Assembly: GCA_052034865.1 (NCBI GenBank)
Contig: JBPOIC010000018.1
Location: 23,394-87,393, forward strand
Source of the DNA: Myxococcota bacterium
GTDB taxonomy: Bacteria; UBA10199; JADFYH01
Reading direction: 5' to 3'
DNA: 64,000 nt
Shown: piece by piece, positions 30,976 to 40,123 of the stretch
Numbering within the stretch: the stretch's first letter is position 1
Layout: the number at the start of each line of letters is the position of its first letter
Made by a program: the position numbers and the translations under genes
The notes under the pieces: generated by a model
The model's database searches: none
What the model was told of the DNA's origin: nothing
What the model saw: only the letters and a program-made list of their open reading frames with translations

Positions 30976-31389
30976 TTAAGAATTGATTTTCTTTTTGGCG
31001 AAGCTTTTGTCTGCAAGACTCTGGATTTTGGAGAGCTCGAATCTTAAATTTTTGATGGGATGACCCTGGGATTTCTGACGGATTTTTTCAAGAATCGCAG
31101 GCTTCATAAAGTTGAGCTCCGTCATCCAGGCGTGGGAATCCACACCGACTACCAAGGTGTCTCCGGAAAAATGACTGGGCTTGGTCTTTTCAGCTATTTT
31201 TTCTCCAACAATATCTTCCCAATTGTTCATCACGGAATATTTCTGAATAGGTTTTTCCAGCTGAAGGTGTTTGAGCGTTGAACTTAAGATCGTGGAGATG
31301 GATTCTGGAATTTTGGAACGGGACATAGGACTGTGCCAAGTCAAAGAGAGAATTTCTGATGGCCGTTTGCTCTTGCTGCGTTGAGCCAT
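30976..31389 (-). CDS. DUF721 (DciA-like) family protein
   Basis: 137 aa. Central ...W..IVGEKIAEKTKP..F.GDTLVVGVDSHAWMTEL.F.K..ILEKI... pattern typical of DUF721. Weak-moderate. Confidence 0.5.
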   Translation of the reverse strand: MAQRSKSKRPSEILSLTWHSPMSRSKIPESISTILSSTLKHLQLEKPIQKYSVMNNWEDIVGEKIAEKTKPSHFSGDTLVVGVDSHAWMTELNFMKPAILEKIRQKSQGHPIKNLRFELSKIQSLADKSFAKKKINS

Positions 31390-31466
31390 TCAAAGCCTTT
31401 AAGCACTTCTTTCTCAGGTAAAAGAACGTTTGACAAGATCTCGATTCTTGAACCATCATAAAAATG

Positions 31467-31512
31467 TCGATATCGATATTTACTGTGAATCCAGCAGCTT
31501 GCTGGATTCACA
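31467..31512. promoter_or_regulatory. two perfect palindromes (TCGATATCGA and TGTGAATCCAGCAGCTTGCTGGATTCACA) in the divergent DUF721/dksA promoter region
   Basis: TCGATATCGA at 31467-31476 is a perfect 10-bp palindrome. 31484-31512 is a 29-bp palindrome with 11-12 bp arms, followed by a T-rich tract (ttttgtttctgggcttttt). Confidence 0.4.
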
Positions 31513-31654
31513 CTTTTGTTTCTGGGCTTTTTAACAAAGCTCAAAAACCCTAAGGCCCGGAGGGCATCCCTCGCGGGCTCTCGTTTTCTCTAATGACTTG
31601 ATAACAACAGATTCGCACCAAAAGATCGGGTGTGTTTGAAGAGGGAGAAGATTT

Positions 31655-32020
31655 ATGAATAAAAAAGATCTCAAGCGTTTTAAAGAAATCCTTTTGGAAA
31701 GAAGAAAAGAACTTTTGCACACGGCTGAAGCCACCCGTGAACGCGGAATGGTTCTCGACACTGATGATCTTCCGGATGAAGTCGACCTGGCCTCCTCCGA
31801 AGCCGATCAATCCATGAATTTGCTTTTAAGAGATCGAGAACGTGTGTTGGTGAAAAAAATCGATAAGGCTTTGGCCAAGATCGAGCGGGGAGATTATGGT
31901 GTGTGTGACTCGTGCGGAGAAGATATCGGAGCCAAAAGGCTCGAAGCGCGACCTGTCACCGATCTTTGTATTCGTTGCAAAGAAGAACAGGAGCGTATGG
32001 AAAGAAGTTACGCGGAGTAA
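31655..32020 (+). CDS. dksA: DksA/TraR-family C4 zinc-finger transcription factor
   Basis: 121 aa. Coiled-coil N-terminus and C-terminal CDSCGEDIGAKRLEARPVTDLCIRCK four-Cys finger. RBS gagggag. Confidence 0.9.
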   Translation: MNKKDLKRFKEILLERRKELLHTAEATRERGMVLDTDDLPDEVDLASSEADQSMNLLLRDRERVLVKKIDKALAKIERGDYGVCDSCGEDIGAKRLEARPVTDLCIRCKEEQERMERSYAE

Positions 32021-32081
32021 AAAATATCTTAAATAGTTTTATGAAACGGGGCTATTCGAGTCGAATCGAATGCCCCGTTTT

Positions 32082-33335
32082 TTATAGATTGTTCGTCAAC
32101 AACGCAGCCTCTCGGGCCGCTGCGAGCGAGGCAATGCGTGCGAGTTGATAGGAGAGTTTGACCAGGTTTGATTTTTCGATACAGCGAATAAACGGGGCTT
32201 CATGGGGTTGATCGAGCTTGTGCAGGCACAGACATGAAAAAAACATGCCGCGTGAATTGAGCGAGCTCCACTCATCTTTTTCTTCATTAAATCTGAAAAA
32301 ACCTCCGATTTGTTTTTCGCCTACCATGTAAATCACAGGTTCCATCGGGTATCCGCTGTAAAAATCGGCGGTGGCAATTCCTTCCTGAATCATGAAATCA
32401 CTCGCCCGGTTTCCTCCTTTGGTGCTGGTGAGTTTGTTGCGTGTCTTTCGATTCAAGTTCAGAATCTCTTCACCACTCGAAACAGACATCACGCCCATCC
32501 CATAGGTGCCAGAGTTGCTTTTGACAAATACGTAAGGACTTCCTTCAATCTGGTGCTCATCATATTTTTTCTGGATCTGATTTAAAAGATCATCCACTGC
32601 TTTTGCCAGTTTTTCGATTGAGGAAGAGTCATTAAAATCGATGTCTGTCTGAACGTTTGAAAGACAGGAGAGAAACCACGGGTCGAGAGAGAGCAGGTTT
32701 CCGACTTCAGAGGCCACCTGATTGTATATGTCGAAATGGTGGTGCTTTTGGCGCTGATACCAGCCGAGATCAGGTGGAGGAAGAAGAGGGATTTGAATTT
32801 CTTTCAGAAGAGGCTCAGGGCCGTTGGAGAAATCGTTATTTGAAAGGATCAGATCAGGGGTCCAGCCGTCGATCAGTTTCAAAGGAGATCCGGGATGCAG
32901 ACGATATATCTGCAGGATTTTTTCATTGCTGAGCGGAATCAAAGTCGGATCATCCGTAAAGTCTGGAGTATTGGCCGCAATCCGTACGTTATAACCCGCC
33001 GATTGGAGAATTTCAGACAGTCTTAAAAGGTTTTCGAAATAAAAACGGTTGCGGGTATGGGCTTCGGAGAAGATTAGAAGATTTTGAAGGTTGGGAAAAT
33101 GTTTTTTGAGATAGGTTTTAAATGTGGCGACGGCCTGCTCGGTGTAAACCTTGCACAGGTTATTAAACCCTGCCGGAAAAAGATTGGTATCGATAACACT
33201 CAGCTTGTGGCTGGAATTGCGGATATCGCACGAAAGATAAATCAGGGGAGGAGTTTTGGAGAATTCCTCTTCGAAATAACGCTCTAAAGCGATGAGGTTT
33301 TCGACAAAGCGCTCGTGGATATCATGGAGTTCCAT
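32082..33335 (-). CDS. ATP-grasp-like ligase of uncertain specificity (possibly GshA-like glutamate-cysteine ligase family)
   Basis: 417 aa. Segment SPYVFVKSNSGTYGMGVMSV resembles the ATP-grasp phosphate-binding strand. Remainder not recognised with confidence. Confidence 0.35.
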   Translation of the reverse strand: MELHDIHERFVENLIALERYFEEEFSKTPPLIYLSCDIRNSSHKLSVIDTNLFPAGFNNLCKVYTEQAVATFKTYLKKHFPNLQNLLIFSEAHTRNRFYFENLLRLSEILQSAGYNVRIAANTPDFTDDPTLIPLSNEKILQIYRLHPGSPLKLIDGWTPDLILSNNDFSNGPEPLLKEIQIPLLPPPDLGWYQRQKHHHFDIYNQVASEVGNLLSLDPWFLSCLSNVQTDIDFNDSSSIEKLAKAVDDLLNQIQKKYDEHQIEGSPYVFVKSNSGTYGMGVMSVSSGEEILNLNRKTRNKLTSTKGGNRASDFMIQEGIATADFYSGYPMEPVIYMVGEKQIGGFFRFNEEKDEWSSLNSRGMFFSCLCLHKLDQPHEAPFIRCIEKSNLVKLSYQLARIASLAAAREAALLTNNL

Positions 33336-33338
33336 AGT

Positions 33339-34529
33339 TCATTCCCGGATTTGAAGAATTCTCAAGTAGACTTCTCGTACATCATGGCGCAACTGATGAA
33401 AATATTCCAGAAAGTCATCCGCCGATTTTTCGCCCATTTTTTCTGCGAGGTTTTCAAGTAAGTGACTTTCCGGATCGATATAGCCATCTTTTAAACCAAA
33501 CAGAAGCTCCATACGCGTCTCTAACTTTCGGTAGAAAAGATAGGCATTTTTCAAAATCTCTGATTCGGCCTTCAGGATGAGGTTTTTTTCCTGAATCTTT
33601 TCAAGTGCAGATAAAGAATTTGTTTGAAGAATTGGTTCATAAATTTTTCCAAATCGCATTTGGAGATACTGAATGGTAAACTCGATATCAATCAAACCAC
33701 CCATGCCCTGCTTATAATGCAGTCGTCGTGGGGTTTCCCGTCCAATCTCTTTTTCCATACGCTGGCGCAAGCGATGAATCTCTTCATTTAAATCGAGTGG
33801 ATATGGAGAGGAGAAAACCAGTTGATGAAAGAGAGGGAGAAAAGTTTTTACAAATTCCGGATCACCCGCAACCGCACGGGCCTTCAGCAAGGCCTGTTTT
33901 TCCCAGGCTTGTGCCTGATTACGCTGATAGGTGACGTAGGCGTCAAGTGAGGTGACTAAAGCCCCCTGATTGCCGGAAGCCCTGAGTTGGGTATCGATCT
34001 TATATGCGATACCCTGAAGCGTATAGACCGAAAGATAGGAGATGAGTTTTTGCGCCAGGCGGGCATAGAATTCCTGATTGGTGATCTCCGATCTTCCCAC
34101 CGTTTTTCCATTTCTTGAAAAGACAAAGATCAGATCTAGATCGGATTCATAGTGAATTTCCTGTCCTCCCAATTTTCCCATTCCGATAATCGTAAACTCC
34201 GCGCGCATCATTCCACCCGACTGATCCTTAAACATCGGATATCCATACACACGGGCGACGTCTTCCTGCGCGAGTTGAAAGAGAGTGGTCAGTACAGTTT
34301 CGGCAACCCAGGTGAGCCCTTGAAAAACATCGGGAAGGGGAAGGGTTTCTTCGAGATCGGCTTTCTGAAGAAAGGCGACCTGGTCTTTTTTAAACAGTCG
34401 AACACGGTCGAGTTTGGTCTCTAAATCGTCGATACCTTCGAGGTAGGTTTTGATTTTTTCTTTTAGGTTTTGGGGGTTTAGTTCCAGGGTCATAAGGTTG
34501 GAAAATTGACTGGAAAACAGAAGGTTCAA
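33339..34529 (-). CDS. glnE: glutamine-synthetase adenylyltransferase GlnE, C-terminal (AT-C) half as a stand-alone ORF
   Basis: 396 aa. Nucleotidyltransferase motif IIGMGKLGGQEIHYESDLDLIFVF, then RLRASGNQGALVTSLDAYVTYQRNQAQAWEKQALLKARAVAGD and GGLIDIEFTIQYL, collinear with the E. coli GlnE AT-C domain. Confidence 0.8.
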   Translation of the reverse strand: MNLLFSSQFSNLMTLELNPQNLKEKIKTYLEGIDDLETKLDRVRLFKKDQVAFLQKADLEETLPLPDVFQGLTWVAETVLTTLFQLAQEDVARVYGYPMFKDQSGGMMRAEFTIIGMGKLGGQEIHYESDLDLIFVFSRNGKTVGRSEITNQEFYARLAQKLISYLSVYTLQGIAYKIDTQLRASGNQGALVTSLDAYVTYQRNQAQAWEKQALLKARAVAGDPEFVKTFLPLFHQLVFSSPYPLDLNEEIHRLRQRMEKEIGRETPRRLHYKQGMGGLIDIEFTIQYLQMRFGKIYEPILQTNSLSALEKIQEKNLILKAESEILKNAYLFYRKLETRMELLFGLKDGYIDPESHLLENLAEKMGEKSADDFLEYFHQLRHDVREVYLRILQIRE

Positions 34530-34646
34530 TAGTGAAAAACTCCCAGAATATCAAAAAATTAGCAACTTTTTTTATGGGGTGACGATGAGCAGTTTAAGAT
34601 CGGTAGTTTCTTATAAGAGTGTGTTTTTTAGATGCAGAGGTGAATT

Positions 34647-36614
34647 ATGGAAAAGGTGGTCCCTTTAGGAAAAGTGGTGTGGGAAAGAACTGGGGTTGAA
34701 GTAGATGCTGCGAGAATTCTTCCTGTGGGTTCTGAGGGGTTAGCGAGCAGTCGATACGACCTGAATGAATCTGAAGTGGCAGTCGAGATTGCTGATGCCG
34801 GCCAGTTCAGGGCACTACTCAAGTCTCCAAATTTACCAGAATATTGCAGAGTTCGTGCCTCTGAGAATGAGCTGCGTGAATATGTTGCGGAAATGGGGAC
34901 GGATATCGAGAGTTTGATTGCCAGAGGGGAGAGTCGAATTACAGCTCAAGTATTAACTCAGAACGGATTTTCGGAAACTGATGCAGAGCAGTCTATGGGA
35001 ATTCTCGCAAGAGCGATGACCTACTATAACCATCTGGGTGAAAAACAGAGACAAGGCACAGTGAGGGGGCATTTAAACGGTGGAGAAGGGGCACAGCATT
35101 TTTTTAATGTGGCTATGGGCATTGGCTTGGATATCGTTATTGAGAGTTTCATGCAGCAAAGGGAGAATGTAGACGATGGTCAGTTGGGTTTTATTTTGAG
35201 TGCAGCCTATTATGTGAGTGGTGATACCGAGAGTGGTTTGGCTTTTTTAGAGCTTGCGGCCAGGCTTGAAAAGAGAAGCAGCTCATCTGGTGAGCGGGTC
35301 TGTTTTAGAAAATGTGAAAGCGCCCTGCTAGCTCGAGGAATGTTGAATAGGATGTACCAATTTTATGTAGAGCATGAGTGGTATGAAAAAGCTGCCGGGA
35401 TTTATTTTAGAGGATTTTTAGAACAGCCTCAAGAATTCCAGTTTACTCCCGATCATCAAATTTTTTCTTACCTGATTCCTAAACTGAATCGAATGATTCA
35501 AGATCGCTCTTTTTCTTCTCAAACCAGAAGAGCGGCTGCATTTCAAGTAATAGAGCTTGTAAGGGGCAATTCAAATGCGAATACACTCCAACTGTCTGCA
35601 CTTTTAGATCCTTCCACTCTCTCGTCTCTCATCAATCAATCAGACTACGAAGACTCCAAAAAACTACTTTTGGCTTTACAGAGTCTTGTTCAAAAAATCC
35701 CAAACTATTTGAATAGGGTCACCGAAGTTCTGGTCAATTTGGTGATGGAGAATGGATCAGAGGTTACGACTCTTCTTCCCAAAATTTTTCATGGACTCTC
35801 TCTCCAGGCAAAACGGGATCTTATTCTTAAGTTAAAAGAGAGATCTTCAGAGGATCCTAAACTCCAACTCCTACTCGACAGACTTGCGATCGGGCAGGCG
35901 GTGGCCGTGATTCCTCATCCACAACCTGAATTAGGAGTTTATGCCCCTCGCGTGTTGGCGTATCTGCGTGCTGTAGGAGCGAACCTCTATGGTCGTGGGA
36001 TCCCTCCTGTTTTAGATCCTGATTCAAAAGAATCTGGTTTGCGAATGCTTCTTGATTGTCTGGATCGTGTCCTTAAGAACATGGATCCCTCCGGGCTTGA
36101 GGACCCTCTAGGGGCAATCATCGAAGAGATAATAGTTCAGGCTGTCGCTGAGGGTTACGAAATCAAGATCCCCCAGGAAACTCCTTTACGTTTTTTATGG
36201 AGGAAGCTGTTTCCAGGAAAGTCCTTATTGCCAACACCACCCGAAGAAATGGCTAAGGCAATTCTTGAGAGAGTCTTAACGGATGAGCCAGATGAATTCC
36301 CGCCCTCCATTCAAGGGCTGGTCATTGAACTTCAGGCGTGGGGAACTTTGTTTAGAAAGGATGAAAATCCTGATGCGGTGCCTCAAGCCATGATGGCGGC
36401 ATTGATAACGGCTGATTTTGGATCTGATGGAAAAATCCATTGGGAGTCTTTGAGTCTCATGCCCGAATCGGGAGAAAGAGAAGTAAGTTCGGAGCTGCTA
36501 TCTTTGAGAGCTGCTGTTACAGGTGCTCTCGCAGAAGCTTTATCGGGCGGGGTAGATAAACATGGCCGGGGATTGGAGCGCCAACCACTTCCTCTTTTAG
36601 GAAAAGGAAGATAA
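34647..36614 (+). CDS. hypothetical 655-aa protein (no recognisable domain), inside the glnE-splitting insert
   Basis: Long ORF, mostly alpha-helical by composition, no signal peptide. Codon flavour (AGT/AGG/TTA-rich, many GGGG runs) differs from neighbouring housekeeping genes. Confidence 0.6.
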   Translation: MEKVVPLGKVVWERTGVEVDAARILPVGSEGLASSRYDLNESEVAVEIADAGQFRALLKSPNLPEYCRVRASENELREYVAEMGTDIESLIARGESRITAQVLTQNGFSETDAEQSMGILARAMTYYNHLGEKQRQGTVRGHLNGGEGAQHFFNVAMGIGLDIVIESFMQQRENVDDGQLGFILSAAYYVSGDTESGLAFLELAARLEKRSSSSGERVCFRKCESALLARGMLNRMYQFYVEHEWYEKAAGIYFRGFLEQPQEFQFTPDHQIFSYLIPKLNRMIQDRSFSSQTRRAAAFQVIELVRGNSNANTLQLSALLDPSTLSSLINQSDYEDSKKLLLALQSLVQKIPNYLNRVTEVLVNLVMENGSEVTTLLPKIFHGLSLQAKRDLILKLKERSSEDPKLQLLLDRLAIGQAVAVIPHPQPELGVYAPRVLAYLRAVGANLYGRGIPPVLDPDSKESGLRMLLDCLDRVLKNMDPSGLEDPLGAIIEEIIVQAVAEGYEIKIPQETPLRFLWRKLFPGKSLLPTPPEEMAKAILERVLTDEPDEFPPSIQGLVIELQAWGTLFRKDENPDAVPQAMMAALITADFGSDGKIHWESLSLMPESGEREVSSELLSLRAAVTGALAEALSGGVDKHGRGLERQPLPLLGKGR

Positions 36615-36734
36615 TAAATGATGTGAGTGAAATTGTGAAAACCTCAGAAATCTCGCAACCTTTTTGTGTGCGTGACGAGAAGGTGTCACAAATGAGTTTG
36701 AGAGGTTTTAATTCACCAATACTTCGAGGTTGAT

Positions 36735-38243
36735 ATGGGAGATACAGTTCAAAGCAATACCTCAATCCCAAATAGTTACTCATCTAGCTCAAGTGAAATC
36801 CCTGTTTGCATAGGTGAATCCCGCACTCTCGTCGAAGCTTCACCAGATATAGATCCAGAGGAACTTAGAAACAGGTTCAATATTCCTCCAGATAAATTCT
36901 GCCGCGCTTTTTCTCACGCTGTTGGTAAGTATTATTTTGCAACCACTCAGGTTGAAGAATTATCCCCTTCACTTCCAGAATACTCACGACCCCCAAAAAA
37001 AGAATCGGGTGGAAACAACGGTCCAAAGAAGGTGGCCGATGGACTTCCTGACAATGTTGCTAGAAACTTTCTTATCGATACATTGGGACGTAAGCACGTT
37101 GAGCTAGCCTCTGGATCTCGAAATAAAATACTCGACCTCGCCACAGAAAATAAAAGGCTTCAGGATGAACTGAAAAGCCTCCAGGGTCTTGATGGCTCAG
37201 CGATTCATTTTTTCAGCTCCTGGACCGGAAAGGGAGTTGTGGGAGCAGCCTCGGCTGGATTTACTTTCGGTGTGCTCATTCCTAGTGCGAGAGATATTCA
37301 CACCATGATTCGTTTTGGGTTCAAGCCGTTCGGTGAAGCCAGTCTTTTGAGAGCGTATATCGATAAGTGTTTTAAGGAAGGTGATGAAGAGAGAAAGCTT
37401 AACTTGAGACAACTCAGAAGGTTGGAGCTTAGAAATGCACTCATCACAGCTCCTCTAGCGGCCGCAGCGATTGGCGCTGCTTATAAGGCGGAGCCTTATC
37501 TCTTCGGACCCAATGTGGCGAGTAAGGGCATTCAGGCGACTTCTCTCGCTTCTTCTTCACCTTTAGAGCAGCTCAAGAACATGCAGATTACGCTGCCTGA
37601 TCTTCCTCTTTCAGACTATCAAACACTAAAAACAAAAGATTTGAATGCATTGAGTGAAATTTATGATCGATTGAATCAGGCCCAGTCAGAATATCATAAC
37701 ATTGAACGCCGCCTGGTTTCTGAAAATGCAACTCTGAGAGAGCAGGTCAATTTGCTAAAGACGTCTCAAGAGAAAAGTCGTGGGGGGATGATCTACGCAG
37801 GCTTAGTCGGCACGGTGTTGGGCTTTGGTTATGCTGTCACCAAGGCTGAGGAAATGTATGGTTATTCATTGCTGCATCGTGCTGCGGAAAATACCCGCGG
37901 AAGAGTTAACGATAAGTTGCTTCGTATGCCCTGCCCGGAAGTGAATGTTCCAGGCTATGAACCAGCACCTGCAGCAGCACCAGATCCTATGCCAGTTAGA
38001 TTTCCTAAGCCTGAAGATTCGAGAGTATCTGATGCCCATGCCGACCCTGCCAGTGTGGCCGTGGGAGTTGCCGTTCCCACCGTTGCTGCGGCCGCGGTCG
38101 TGGGAACAGTGACAGCGAAAACCACCTTGTTTGCAAAACTCATGACCGGTTTGGGTGTTGCCGTAAGGGCGGTTGCGTCTGCTCCTGCTGCGGCGTTTGG
38201 ATTGATGATTACGTTTAAGAAAGATGATGTGCCGAGGGCTTAA
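36735..38243 (+). CDS. hypothetical 502-aa protein with coiled-coil region and Ala/Val-rich hydrophobic segments
   Basis: Hydrophobic Gly/Ala-rich stretches (GKGVVGAASAGFTFGVLIPSA; GMIYAGLVGTVLGFGYAV; C-terminal VAVGVAVPTVAAAAVVGTVTAKTTLFAKLMTGLGVAVRAVASAPAAAFGLMITF) flank a coiled-coil-like segment (LNQAQSEYHNIERRLVSENATLREQVNLL). Confidence 0.6.
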   Translation: MGDTVQSNTSIPNSYSSSSSEIPVCIGESRTLVEASPDIDPEELRNRFNIPPDKFCRAFSHAVGKYYFATTQVEELSPSLPEYSRPPKKESGGNNGPKKVADGLPDNVARNFLIDTLGRKHVELASGSRNKILDLATENKRLQDELKSLQGLDGSAIHFFSSWTGKGVVGAASAGFTFGVLIPSARDIHTMIRFGFKPFGEASLLRAYIDKCFKEGDEERKLNLRQLRRLELRNALITAPLAAAAIGAAYKAEPYLFGPNVASKGIQATSLASSSPLEQLKNMQITLPDLPLSDYQTLKTKDLNALSEIYDRLNQAQSEYHNIERRLVSENATLREQVNLLKTSQEKSRGGMIYAGLVGTVLGFGYAVTKAEEMYGYSLLHRAAENTRGRVNDKLLRMPCPEVNVPGYEPAPAAAPDPMPVRFPKPEDSRVSDAHADPASVAVGVAVPTVAAAAVVGTVTAKTTLFAKLMTGLGVAVRAVASAPAAAFGLMITFKKDDVPRA

Positions 38244-38527
38244 AGGTTTATTTTGGTGTTCATGGTTTGACCCTTCGACGAGCTCAGGACTCATGGTTCG
38301 ACAAACTCACCATGTCCCTCTCATTATAATGGGACATCCTAATCCTCCTACAGCGGGCTTGGTCTTTCGAAGGGTGAACAGGACAAGTTTTAAAAAGGGG
38401 AGGAGCTCTTAAGTCCTGAATTTCTCATCCATCCTGGGTGGGAGGATCCCCGCCTCTACAGATCCAAGGGAGGGACGCTTTTTAGCGGCTCGCCACGAAC
38501 GGCTTATCGAAGTTATTCTTCATTCCT

Positions 38528-39925
38528 CTATTCAAACAATCTATCAAACGTATTTTTTGCAATCGTTGTAAAACGCGTGAGATCATCGAGCAGACGCTCG
38601 CGGGCTTCTTCGGGATCCTCTTCATAATAACCCATGCGACGGGCAACCGCCTGTTGATCGACAGGTGTGTAAGGAAGGGTTTGCGTTTGGGACTCCTGCA
38701 CCAGCTGCAGACGATGCTCCAGGCGTCTTAGGAAAAGATAGGCATCTTTGAGCTGATGGGCTTCCTGGGCAGGAACGATCTCCTGTTTGGTGAGCTCCTG
38801 AAGGGCTTTGAGAGTCGAAGGTGATCGCAATTGAGGTTTGGATCCGCCATAAAGCATCTGCAGGGCCTGCACAAAAAATTCGATATCGCGAATGCCGCCT
38901 TCTCCGAGTTTTACATTAAATCCTTTGAGTGAAGAAGATTTGATCGACTCATGTGCCTTGCGCTTCATCTCTTTCATCCGGTTGATCGCCCCCAGATCCA
39001 GATGCTTTCTCCACACAAATGGCTCTAGAATTTTTTCAAATTCTTCTCCCAATTCGAGATCACCGGCGATCGGTGCCGAACGAATCAGGGCCTGACGTTC
39101 CCATTCTTCACCGAAACTCTCATAATAATTTTCAATGGCGTTGAGAGAATTTGCGAGGGTTCCACTGCGTCCTTCCGGTCGCAAATTCAAATCCACCCGA
39201 TATAAAAATCCTTCCGGCCGATTTTGTGAAAGCAGACGAGTCAGTTTTTCGGAGAGCTTGATAAAATACTCATGCAAACTCACATCACGAGGCCCGTGCA
39301 CACGACCTTCATCCGTCGAATAGATATATTGAAGATCGATATCCGAAGAATAATTGAGCTCGTTGCCACTGAGCTTGCCCATTCCAATCACACAAAAACC
39401 ACAAAATTCTCCGGGATTCGAAAGAAAGGCCTCACCCCAAGTGGAGCGCATCTTCATTTTCTCATAAGCGAGGGCCGCGCGAACCAGTGCAATCGCAAGA
39501 TTTGAGATTTCGGAAAGAACTGTTTCCTGACCTGCCGCCTGCGAGAGGTCCTTAACGGTCAGTCGCAAAAACTCACGATATTTGTAGCGGCACAGATGCG
39601 AAGCAAATTCTTCATCAGAGAAGGACTCGAGTCTTTCGGGCGCAAGCAAAAGGTCTTCTTCAAAGTCGGATAGTTTCTTATCGGTTTCGATGCAGGGTGA
39701 TGCAACGAGGCTGTCTGCCTCGAGAGGGTAGCGAATCAAAAACTGGCTTAGGAAATGGGAGTTTCCAAAGATGCTTAAAAGACGCTTGGCATTGACTGGC
39801 TCCAGATCAAAGTCCTTGCCAGCAAAGTCGATGTATTTTTGGGAGAAAAGCAGAAAGTCTTCGTAGGCGCGCTGCGGCTCGCCGGACCAATCAAGGATTT
39901 GCCTGATTTGAGCATCGATCTTCAT
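38528..39925 (-). CDS. glnE: glutamine-synthetase adenylyltransferase GlnE, N-terminal (AT-N, deadenylylating) half as a stand-alone ORF
   Basis: 465 aa. VIGMGKLSGNELNYSSDIDLQYIY, LRPEGRSGTLANSLNAIENYYESFGEEWERQALIRSAPIAGD, KLGEGGIRDIEFFVQALQ match the GlnE AT-N domain. Confidence 0.8.
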   Translation of the reverse strand: MKIDAQIRQILDWSGEPQRAYEDFLLFSQKYIDFAGKDFDLEPVNAKRLLSIFGNSHFLSQFLIRYPLEADSLVASPCIETDKKLSDFEEDLLLAPERLESFSDEEFASHLCRYKYREFLRLTVKDLSQAAGQETVLSEISNLAIALVRAALAYEKMKMRSTWGEAFLSNPGEFCGFCVIGMGKLSGNELNYSSDIDLQYIYSTDEGRVHGPRDVSLHEYFIKLSEKLTRLLSQNRPEGFLYRVDLNLRPEGRSGTLANSLNAIENYYESFGEEWERQALIRSAPIAGDLELGEEFEKILEPFVWRKHLDLGAINRMKEMKRKAHESIKSSSLKGFNVKLGEGGIRDIEFFVQALQMLYGGSKPQLRSPSTLKALQELTKQEIVPAQEAHQLKDAYLFLRRLEHRLQLVQESQTQTLPYTPVDQQAVARRMGYYEEDPEEARERLLDDLTRFTTIAKNTFDRLFE

Positions 39926-40123
39926 TGTGATTTTACCTCCGAGGCTGTGAATCTACCTTTATGGAATTTGAGTGGCAAGATGATAGAGTTTGTTGCTTCT
40001 TCCCCTCCTTTGGAGGGGGCGTCAGGGCGGAGTAGTCTAACCTAGAAATTGGATTCATAAATTTTATTTTCATTCTTGGTCCTTCAGGTCGTCCGCCTGA
40101 GATTGACGCCCATTTAGAAAACA

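Noticed and set aside
38244-38527. Possible tmRNA or RNase P RNA in the long convergent gap
   Set aside because: There is a UUCGACG-like stretch near the 5' side and a GGAGGAUCCCCGCCUC segment. But there is no tRNA-like acceptor/T-arm ending in CCA-compatible sequence, no canonical GGUUCGAAUCC T-loop, and no RNase P P4 motifs. Kept only as a generic structured region.
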